Source: Eledone cirrhosa (taxonomy: Eukaryota). Taken from it: 64,000 nucleotides of DNA. The position numbers and the translations under genes are program-made. Under the pieces are notes generated by a model, which saw only the letters and a program-made list of their open reading frames with translations, did no database searches and was not told the DNA's origin. The stretch covers positions 80,972,001-81,036,000 of the forward strand of contig OZ024746.1 in NCBI GenBank assembly GCA_964016885.1, written 5' to 3'. This document shows positions 53,513 through 64,000 of this stretch, in pieces (positions within the stretch are counted from its first letter, which is position 1; each line of letters starts with the position of its first letter).

Positions 53513-54183
53513 GTTTACACTCCCCTACTCTCTAGCAGTTAAAACTAATGTAGGCAAAAAATTCCTAGAACTCCTAGATAAACATTTCCCTAGAACACAT
53601 AGATACTATAAGATCTTTAACAGAAACTGTGTTAAAATTAGCTATTCCTGCGGTCCCCCTATTAAGTCCTATATCCTCAACAAAACATCACCTAGAGAAA
53701 ATCAAACTTGCTCCTGTAGAATCAAAAGTGAATGCCCATTACAAGGTAAATGCAACACCAAAGCCATTGTATATGCGGCTAATGTGACAACCATCAGCAA
53801 CAACCATCCAGTCACCAGTGAACGATATGTGGGTATGACGCAAGACATTCAAAACGCGTTATTACTCACATGTCGCATCCTTTCGACATCTAGAAAAAAG
53901 ATTTACAACAGCTCTGGCTAGCAGAATCTGGGATTTGAAAGACCAAGGCATCCAATATAAACTAGATTGGTCAATTTTGAACCAATCTAAAAAATATGCT
54001 AGAGGAACAAGAAAATGCACGCTCTGCATAAATGAAAAATTTTGGATATTGCAAAATCTTAAATCACCAAAGACCTGCCTGAACACAAAGACGGAAATTT
54101 TTACCAGTTGCCCACACATGAAATCACACCTGCTTTCCAGCTCATATAAACTTAACACACTTTCAGATACTTATCCTCCATAA
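53513..54183 (+). pseudogene. Penelope-like C-terminal linker and GIY-YIG endonuclease, one frameshift near 53840
   Basis: FTLPYSLAVKTNVGKKFLELLDKHFP..KIFNRNCVKISYSC..CSCRIKSECPLQGKC..IVY..YVGMT, then in the next frame TFKTRYYSHVASFRH..TALASRIWDLK..W..KCTLCINEK..LNTKTEIFTSCPH. Confidence 0.88.
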
Positions 54184-55387
54184 ACTCTTATTATTCTCTT
54201 TTTAATTACCCTTTCTGACTTACTTTCATTCTTATCCTTGTCAATAATTTCATTTATTTTCACTTTTATTTATTTTTACTTCACCCCCCCCCCCCCCTTT
54301 TATTCTCCGATCCACTTCCTATTTTCTATTTTTTACTTCCCCTTCTTTTACTTCCCTTTTTCCTCCACTAACTGATTATACTTGTCTTTTGTGTTTTTCA
54401 ATCCAGATATATTTTTCATTTTTATTTTTATTTTATTTTTGCGCAGCCTATCTTACAATTTTATATTTGTACTTATTTATCCACATTTCAATATGGCTGA
54501 ACGCCTTAATGTGTGTATACTTTTTATATATGTACATGAGTGACTACGTATGTGCGCGCGCGTGCGTGTATGTATGTGTATATATATATATATATATGTG
54601 CGTGTATGTATGTGTGTGTGTATAGGTGTTTGTGTGTGTGTATGTATATATTATGCGTATGTGTAAGTGTCTTTATATCCGTGTTTTTGACATTTCGTTT
54701 TTATGTTTTTGTTCCTTTTTTCTTCTCCCCCCCCCCCCTTCCCTCTTTTGTTACTTACTCAGTTTCATACGTGGGCATGCAAATAGGTTTATATGCGCTA
54801 GTATAAGTATGAGTGTGTGTGTGTGTATGTACGTATCGAACGTATGGAAGTATAAGTGCGCGCGGGTGTATATAAGCATAATTATTTTTACATTTCTTTT
54901 GTGAGACACGCGTGTCTGTGTATGTATGTACCCCCCTTTTTTTGTTTTCTTCAATTTTTTTCTTTCTATCTTTTCTTTCTAATTTATCGTTACTATATTT
55001 TTATAAATATATCGAGACCGATACTTTTCTTTTAATTATTATACTCTCTTTACCTCCTTTCTTTCCGCATCTAAGTGTACGAGTGTCCAGGCGTTTTTAT
55101 GCGCGCGACTTTATATTCTTATATTTACGATGTAACCATTTCTGTCTGTATAATACAGACATATAGATACATTTGCCCTAAATTTTTATAATTACGCACA
55201 CTTTCTAACTATACATTTACATGTGCACATATACATATATGCACATCTGTGAGCGTATATACATACACATACACACACCTAACTATTTTTCTTGATAGAT
55301 TTTTTATATATTTCAATTTCTATTTCATTTATCTATATATTTTTTTGATTTTCTTGATGTGTTTTTCTAAGTATTTGCCCATGTTTT

Positions 55388-55472
55388 ATATTGCCTCGTC
55401 TGACGAACGAATGAAGTCGTTTATTTCGTATTCGCCTCATTCGGGAAACCTCTGGTAATGAGGTAATAATAT
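55388..55472 (+). ncRNA. Hammerhead ribozyme motif in the Penelope pseudo-LTR (antisense mirror at ~52219-52303)
   Basis: CTGACGA (55400-55406), stem II cgaatga/tcattcg, GAAA (55445-55448), stem III cctc/gagg, TA cleavage context; stem I is bulged. Confidence 0.65.
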
Positions 55473-55566
55473 TGTATTGATTTTATACATTAAATTTTGC
55501 TCTGATACTGACATAGAGCACTCTTCATTTCTATGACCTTTTCTGTTTCTAACTGAAATTTCAATA

Positions 55567-55622
<56 letters not shown>

Positions 55623-55959
55623 GGTATGGTCCCATAACTCCTGATAGAGTCATAGGGGTGCTGTATTGACATACAGGGTTTCTTGGGTATTTTAAGCCTG
55701 TGGAGCCCATCTGTCTCCAGATATATGTATATATATATATGATATATATATATATATATACTATTTGCTTATTTAATAATCTAAATTAACAGTTTTTTCC
55801 AACAAATACAAATATTCTTTCCTTTTTTATTTTCCTTTCCTTCATCTCAAGACCCAGTCACATAAAAAGGAAACTAATAATGTGAAGTTATTAACAAAAA
55901 AAATAAATTAAAAACAAGGCAAAAAGAACAGATAAAACTAGACAAATCACCAAACTCCA

Positions 55960-56701
55960 CCCACTCCTACTACACCACCTCCACAATCCCATCCCACCCT
56001 CTTACTATTACTGCCCCACCTCCATTACCTCATTTTACCCCTTGCCACCACTACCCCTTCCATCACCCCTTTCACCATCACTACACCACCACCACCACCA
56101 ACAACAACAACAATGCTCCTCACGACCACCACACCACTACCACCACCCCCACCACCACCACCCACCTCGCTACCTCCTCCTCTGCCAACCACGTCCACAA
56201 CACCACTACCACCACCACCACCACCACCACCACCAACCCATCTCACTTCCTCCTCCATCTTCCATCCGCAACCACCACTCCACCTCATTAGCCCCCCCCC
56301 CACCATCACCTTCTCCTACCACCACTCCTTCATCCCCCCTCCATCCCACCTTCACTATCCCCTCCACTCCACTCACTACCCCACTATCCATAGATTCTTC
56401 CACTGTTAATTATTTTAACAGATGCAACAGCAGCAACAACAGCAGCAACAACAGCAGTAAATTCAGCCTATAACAAAAGGCCTAAAATATGTTCTGCCTT
56501 TCATCATCATCATCGGCATCACTGTCAGCATCATCATCAACACCTCTACCATCATCACCATCATCACCACTACCAACCAACACCATCATCACCATCGTTA
56601 TCATCATCAACATCATCGGAAAAGCTCTAACCTGTTCCACAGGAATCTATAGAGCTGAGTTCCTGTATACAGATTTGCCACTAGTAACTTCATTTAAAAA
56701 G

Positions 56702-56742
<41 letters not shown>

Positions 56743-56745
56743 CAT

Positions 56746-56787
<42 letters not shown>

Positions 56788-56812
56788 CACCACTACTACT
56801 ACTACTACTACC

Positions 56813-56843
<31 letters not shown>

Positions 56844-56850
56844 ACTATTC
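55960..56850. repeat. (CAC/CAT/TAC)n low-complexity field
   Basis: Trinucleotide runs. Confidence 0.8.
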
Positions 56851-57871
56851 CAACAGCAATAATAATAGAAAGGGTTGAATGGGAAACCCCTAAAATGTTG
56901 TTTTTTTTAAAATATATTTTTATATTCAAGTTTTTATTTTACTCTTTTATATTTATTTATGTTATTTAATCTTACAAATTTCCAAATATTGAGTCATGGT
57001 TCCTCTCCCTGATGTGAACAGATGCTATTCTCATTTCACACTTATTTTTTGTTGAAATGTTTATACCTTTCTTTCGATCTTTTTCTTTCTTTCTTTCTTT
57101 TTGTCTGTTTGTTTCTTTCTTTTTGTTTTTGTGCTTTTTGTTGTTGTTGTTTACACAGGAGTGTACTCACTTTTTAAATTCTTTATTTCATTTCTTTAAA
57201 ATTTCATCTTTCTTCATCTTTTAATTCTCAACTTCTACTATTTTCTACCATTTACGTCTGAGTGTCTATAAATATAAATACAAGCAACAAACTAAACACG
57301 TCACAGTTATTCTACACCTGTTTTGCATATTTTAACCCTTTTGTTACTATATTTCTAATTTAATACATTGCCTGTGATTTTCAAATAATTTTGAAAAGTA
57401 ATCAAAAATTAGGATGGATTTATTAATATAACTAACTTTCTCATAAAACAGGTGTTTGGAGCATAATATAACAAAAGTTCTTAGCTAAAAATGTGATGGA
57501 AAGTATACAAACACTTTAACTCTTTTGTGACCAAACTGCCTGAAACCTCCTTCAATTTATGATTCAAAGTTCATTATAAAATGTTTATATTAAAGCCTTC
57601 CATCCTAATTTTATTTAATAATTTTTTGTTAAGTAATGTTCCAAATTTCAGCTTAACAGTGAAAAAGTTATTCTATTAAATTCTTCAAATGTTTGACTGT
57701 TTTCAAAATTAATTGGAACACATTGGCAGGCTGTGTATTTCATCAGAAATACAGCGAATAAAGCAGTTTTATATTGTAAAACCAGGGACAATTTCTGGCA
57801 ATTTGGTATCAAAAGATAGCAGTGGAGACTTCTGGTGTCCTTAGCCCTAGGGCCAGCTCTCAACTTGCCAC

Positions 57872-60800
57872 CATCCATTTTTTATTTGATGGATCCACTT
57901 TTTTATTTGATGGATCCATTTTTTATTTGGGGGACCAATTTTTTTATTTGGGGGATCCACTTTTTATTTGGGGGATCCATTTTTTATTTAGGAGATCCAT
58001 TTTTTATTTAGGAGATCCATTTTTTATTTGGGTGATCCATTTTTTATTTGGGTGTCCATTTTTTATTTGGGGGATCCATTTTTTATTTGGGTGATCCATT
58101 TTTTATTTGGGTGATCCATTTTTTATTTGGGGTATCCATTTTTTATTTGGGGGATCCATTTTTTATTTGGGGGATCCATTTTTTATTTAGGTGATCCATT
58201 TTTTATTTGGGGGATCCATTTTTTATTTGGGTGATCCATTTTTTATTTGGGGGATCCATTTTTTATTTGGGTGATCCATTTTTTATTTGGGTGATCCATT
58301 TTTTATTTGGGTGATCCATTTTTTATTTGGGGGATTCATTTTTTATTTTGGTGATCCATTTTTTATTTGGGGGATCCATTTTTTATTTGGGTGATCCATT
58401 TTTTATTTGGGGGATCCATTTTTTATTTGGGGGATCCATTTTTTATTTGGGTAATCCATTTTTTATTTGGGGGATCCATTTTTTATTTGGGTGATCCATT
58501 TTTTATTTGGGGGATCCATTTTTTATTTGGGAGATCCATTTCTAATTTGGGTGATCCATTTTTTATTTGGGTGATCCATTTTTTATTTGGAGGATCCATT
58601 TTTTATTTGGGGGATCCATTTTTTATTTGGGGATCCATTTTTTATTTGGGTGATCCATTTTTTATTTGGTTGATCCATTTTTTATTTGGGGGATCCATTT
58701 TTTATTTGGGTGATCCATTTTTTATTTGGGGGATCCATTTTTTATTTGGGGGATCCATTTTTTATTTGGGTGATCCATTTTTTATTTGGGGGATCCATTT
58801 TTTATTTGGGGGATCCATTTTTTATTTGGGTGATCCATTTTTTATTTGGGGGATCCATTTTTTATTTGGGTGATCCATTTTTTATTTGGGTGATCCATTT
58901 TTAATTTGGGGGATCCATTTTTTATTTGGGGGATCCATTTTTTATTTGGGTGATCCATTTTTTATGTGGGTGATCCATTTTTTATTTGGGGGATCCATTT
59001 TTTATTTGGGTGATCCATTTTTTATTTGGGGGATCCATTTTTTATTTGGGGGATCCATTTTTTATTTGGGTGATCCATTTTTTATTTGGGGGATCCATTT
59101 TTTATTTGGGGGATCCATTTTTTATTTGGGGGATCCATTTTTTATTTGGGGGATCCATTTTTTATTTGGGGGATACATTTTTTATTTGGGTGATCCATTT
59201 TTTATTTGGGGGATCCATTTTTTATTTGGGTGATCCATTTTTTATTTGGGGGATCCATTTTTTATTTGGGTGATCCATTTTTTGGGGGGGGATCCATTTT
59301 TTATTTGGGTGATCCATTTTTTATTTGGGGGATCCATCAAATAAAAAATGGATCACCCCAAAAAAATGGATCCCCCAAATAAAAAATGGATCACCCAAAT
59401 AAAAAATGGATCCCCCAAATAAAAAATGGATCACCCAAATAAAAAATGGATCACCCAAATAAAAAATGGATCCCCCAAATAAAAAATGGATCACCCAAAT
59501 AAAAAATGGATCCCCCAAATAAAAAATGGATCACCCAAATAAAAATGGATCACCCAAATAAAAAATGGATCACCCAAATAAAAAATGGATCCCCCAAATA
59601 AAAAATGGATCACCCAAATAAAAAACGGATCCCCCAAATAAAAAATGGATCACCCACATAAAAAACGGATCACCCAAATAAAAAATGGATCACCCAAATA
59701 AAAAATGGATCCCCCAAATAAAAAATGGATCACCCAAATAAAAAATGGATCCCCCAAATAAAAAATGGATCCCCCAAATAAAAAATGGATGCCCCAAATA
59801 AAAAATGGATCCCCCAAATAAAAAATGGATCCCCCAAATAAAAAATGGATCCCCCACATAAAAAATGGATCACCCACATAAAAAATGGATCCCCCAAATA
59901 AAAAATGGCTCCCCCAAATAAAAAATGGATCACCCACATAAAAAATGGATCCCCCAAATAAAAAATGGATCCCCCAAATAAAAAATGGATCACCCAAATA
60001 AAAAATGGATTACCCAAATAAAAAATGGATCCCCCAAATAAAAAATGGATCACCCAAATAAAAAATGGATCCCCCAAATAAAAAATGGATCACCCAAATA
60101 AAAAATGGATCCCCCAAATAAAAAATGGATCCCCCAAATAAAAAATGGATCCCCCAAATAAAAAATGGATCCCCCAAATAAAAAATGGATCACCCACATA
60201 AAAAATGGATCCCCCAAATAAAAAATGGATCCCCCAAATAAAAAATGGATCACCCACATAAAAAATGGATCCCCCAAATAAAAAATGGATCCCCCAAATA
60301 AAAAATGGATCACCCAAATAAAAAATGGATCACCCAAATTAGAAATGGATCTCCCAAATAAAAAATGGATCCCCCAAATAAAAAATGGATCCCCCAAATA
60401 AAAAATGGATTACCCAAATAAAAAATGGTTCCCCCAAATAAAAAATGGATCACCCAAATAAAAAATGGATCACCCAAATAAAAAATGGATCACCCAAATA
60501 AAAAATGGATCCCCCAAATAAAAAATGGATCACCCAAATAAAAAATGGATCCGCCAAATAAAAAATGGATCCATTTTTTATTTGGCGGATCCATTTTTTA
60601 TTTGGGTGATCCATTTTTTATTTGGGGGATCCATTTTTTATTTGGGTGATCCATTTTTTATTTGGGTGATCCATTTTTTATTTGGGTGATCCATTTTTTA
60701 TTTGGGTGATCCCTTTTTTATTTGGGGGATTCATTTTTTATTTTGGTGATCCATTTTTTATTTGGGGGATCCATTTTTTATTTGGGTGATCCATTTTTTA

Positions 60801-61510
60801 TTTGGGTGATCCATTTTTTATTTGGGGGATCCATTTTTTATTTGGGAGATCCATTTTTTATTTGGGGGATCCATTTTTTATTTGGGGGATCCATTTTTTA
60901 TTTGGATGATCCATTTTTTATTTGGATGATCCATTTTTTATTTGGGTGATCCATTTTTTATTTGGGGGATCCATTTTTTATTTGGGGGATCCATTTTTTA
61001 TTTGGGGGATCCATTTTTTATTTGGGGGATCCATTTTTTATTTGGGTGATCCATTTTTTATTTGGGGGATCCATTTTTTATTTGGGTGTTCCATTTTTTA
61101 TTTGGTTGATCCATTTTTTATTTGGGGGTTCCATTTTTTATTTGGGTGATCCATTTTTTATTTGGGTGATCCATTTTTTATTTGGGGGATCCATTTTTTA
61201 TTTGGGTGATCCATTTTTTATTTGGGGGATCCATTTTTTATTTGGGTGATCCATATTTTATTTGGGGGATCCATTTTTTATTTGGGTGATCCATTTTTTA
61301 TTTGGGTGATCCATTTTTTATTTGGGGGATCCATTTTTTTATTTGGGTGATCCATTTTTTATTTGGGTGATCCATTTTTAATTTGGGGGATCCATTTTTT
61401 ATTTGGGGGATCCATTTTTTATTTGGGTTTCCAATTTTAATTTGGGTGATCCATTTTTTATTCGTAGGGGGTCCATTTTATATTTGATGGATCCATTTTT
61501 ATTTGATGGA
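57872..61510. repeat. 20-bp satellite GATCCATTTTTTATTTGGG[G/T], roughly 180 units, with an inverted central block (59335-60567)
   Basis: Tandem units; orientation flips at GGATCC 59330-59335 and 60567-60572. Confidence 0.95.
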
Positions 61511-62822
61511 TTTTACTTGTGAGCCTCACGAGCTGAAATATCTCTTCCATAACGCCTTCTCTATTTTGTCCGCCAGGGCCACAAGGCAGCCAGCGCGTGT
61601 GCTCCCATTTGCCTATAATAGTGAGGGATGGGGAGAGCAGGAGGCAGTGACAGTGAGAGTTTGGTTCCTTTGTGTTCAAACCTGGTGTATATGTACATTT
61701 ATTGAATCACACATTAAGAAATTACGGTAAATTTAGTTGCTTCTATTATCAACAGGCATGACTGTGTGGTTAATAATTTGGCTTTGCAATGGTCTTTTCA
61801 GATTTTGATTCCACTCCACAAGACACTAGGCAACCATCTTCTATATAGATACATACACCTTTGATGAGTTATAGTGCACCTGAGCACTGTACACAATATT
61901 TTCATTATTATAACTTCCCCCATGTATTGTGAGTGGAATTTCAGAGACAGAAACTAACCATCTTCAAAATTATTTTTCAGACATAAACTACCCTCAGCCA
62001 ATACTATCCAATATGTCCTTTTTCAGTATGTTAGGATGTAATTTGAGGAAGATTTGGTGGCTGTTTCTCCCATATTGAGTGATCATATGGAGGCTCCCTC
62101 TTTGGTTCATTGTTAAATAGTAATATGTTGTTGTTTATCTTCAGGCTTGTCTTGATAAAAGATACATAATATTAAAGGCATTCCAGCTATCACCATCCCA
62201 TGTTATATTCTCACATAGTGTGAGCCAGCATTGAGTACAGTCACATATATGGCTATATACCATACAAGATTATGGTGATAAAACTCAGGAAAATTTTACT
62301 ACCCACATCGAACCTGAAAAAAATTCTTGAATTTATACCCAGGTACTGAATTGGAGTGCTAGATTAAATGCTTTAGTACTTATTTCAATGATCTCTGTTC
62401 AAATCTCATCAAGGACAACATTACCTTTCGTTCTTTCTGGATAAATAAAATACAAATACATTGGTGCAGAATTGAGTGGGGAATGCACTATCTGTTATGG
62501 TTGTTTGTATTTTGAGTTCAAATCTCATCTCCTATCACCAGAAACAAGAATGCTCCTGCAAGATGTTGTGACCAGCTGATAATATCAGCAGAGGAAAGAC
62601 CATGAGAAACGGAGTTACATTGGTTTGACCAGATGATCGGCTTCTTTTCCTTTCCTTCATATAAAGTTATCAAACATTTGCTACAGATAATCCTGCAAGT
62701 GAGTTTACAGAATTATTTAATATATGATAAACCATAAATGATAGATGTAATACACACAATGGGAAAAATAGCAACAATATTAATGAATCTGATGTGGATG
62801 TTAATGTTACAATATCATTAAT

Positions 62823-63052
62823 TTAACCATTTAGCATTTAAACCGGCTGCATCTGGCCAGAATTATTGCCCCTTTTCGAAACTGGCCATAACCAGTAGCT
62901 CACACCAACATTTAGATATTGTTCTTAAAATAAACAATAACTTCTTTAAACTCTCGTAGGCCCAAGGTTATGTGAGATAATTATATGAGGTAAAGCCTTT
63001 ACCATGAAAATACAATAGTAAACATAAAGTAGTGTAAATACTAAAGGGTTAA
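62823..63052 (+). mobile_element. piggyBac-like MITE family A
   Basis: TTAA-ccatttagcatt ... aatactaaaggg-TTAA. Confidence 0.78.
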
Positions 63053-64000
63053 AGGTTGAAATAAAAACACTAATGTCTTATCTATTGATATTAACTAATA
63101 ACTTAATATCTCATCTATTAATTCAAATATTAGTGTCAGTTAATAACTAATAGCTGAGGTATTAGTGCCCGCTATTACCTAACACTCTTATCTTAAATAT
63201 TAGTGTTAACTAATAGCTATTAGCTAACGCTAATATCTTAGCTATTAGTGTTAACTATGACCTTACACTAATATCTCAGCTTGTAATGTTAGCTATTACC
63301 ACCTATCATGATAGAAGAAACTTTCCTTGAATAAAGAAAGATTTCCCAAAAGTTGAGCTAATAATTGTTTCTACAAGCTAATAATATTGCAAATTCAGAT
63401 TGATATTATATTATAATAACACGTTTTCTGAGTTAAACGATGGTCTTGATACCTCATAATGAAATATAAAGAGAAGTGAGTGCTGCACGTGCGAGCACCA
63501 CCTCACACACACAAACATATGCACACACATACACACACACATTATCATCACTTATCTCTATTGCTATCTATCACTTTCTCTCTCCTACCATGACCCATCT
63601 TTATTGCTATCACATCACGCTGATATTAGACACATTTTTAAACATTAAAATTGTCTCAGGGGTATCTTAAGAGCATAACTCCCCCAACACTACCACACCA
63701 CCACCACCACCACACTCTCAAACACACACACAAAAAGAAAATGATGTATCATCAATTTATCAGCCCATATCAACAGAACTTAATTTATTGAGAATTTTGT
63801 ATATTTATATTTGAAGCTGTCACTCTTCAGTTTACCCCTGAGGCTTACACAATTGTGTGTTACTAAATTTGAATAATGTCTAATCTATTCTCTCTTCACC
63901 TAGCAACAGAGCTGAATTTAAGCAACTAGGGGCTCTGGGCTAGAAACTTAATGAAAATCGAATCTATATAAATGTAAGCCTACACATAGAAGGCTGCTGA

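Larger units (their letters stand above)
52199..55570 (+). mobile_element. Penelope-like retroelement, 5'-truncated with inverted pseudo-LTR: ~1.3-kb arms (52199-53512 / 54187-55492), GIY-YIG segment between them, ~77-bp tail, inside (TA)n
   Basis: Arms are highly similar reverse complements (mirror ORFs in the track confirm this); the central segment encodes a PLE linker plus GIY-YIG endonuclease; long TA runs at 52114-52200 and 55569-55617. Confidence 0.9.

Noticed and set aside
52199-55492. DNA transposon with giant TIRs (Foldback, Mutator or Polinton type)
   Set aside because: The interior is a PLE GIY-YIG segment, one arm extends into an unpaired tail and the arms carry a hammerhead, all fitting an inverted Penelope pseudo-LTR.
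57822-61249. Repetitive GDPFFIW ORFs resembling membrane peptides
   Set aside because: Translations of the 20-bp satellite in both orientations.

Overview
AT-rich, repeat-saturated animal DNA. The SINE, RTE and microsatellite content resembles an octopod cephalopod genome (inference from repeat families, not verified). No host protein-coding gene is recognisable; one 25-nt candidate micro-exon (23208-23232) suggests the window may be intronic. Almost all ORFs in the track are microsatellite or minisatellite artefacts. Real coding remnants are all transposon-derived: a young 5'-truncated RTE-clade LINE with a PHD-type finger inside its RT (360-2880), a Penelope-like GIY-YIG fragment between ~1.3-kb inverted arms (52199-55570), a deleted mariner, a CRE-like RLE C-terminus and decayed LINE ends. 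There are about 20 tRNA-derived SINE copies, CORE-type SINEs with swapped tails (one borrowed from the RTE in this window), piggyBac- and hAT-type MITEs and several satellites, including a 20-bp array with two fold-back inversions centred on GGATCC. The most notable signal is a recurring architecture, (TA)n - inverted arm - forward arm with a type-I hammerhead ribozyme motif - short tail - (TA)n. It is seen in three mutually unrelated elements, plus a fourth hairpin/hammerhead locus, with unusual hammerhead variants.
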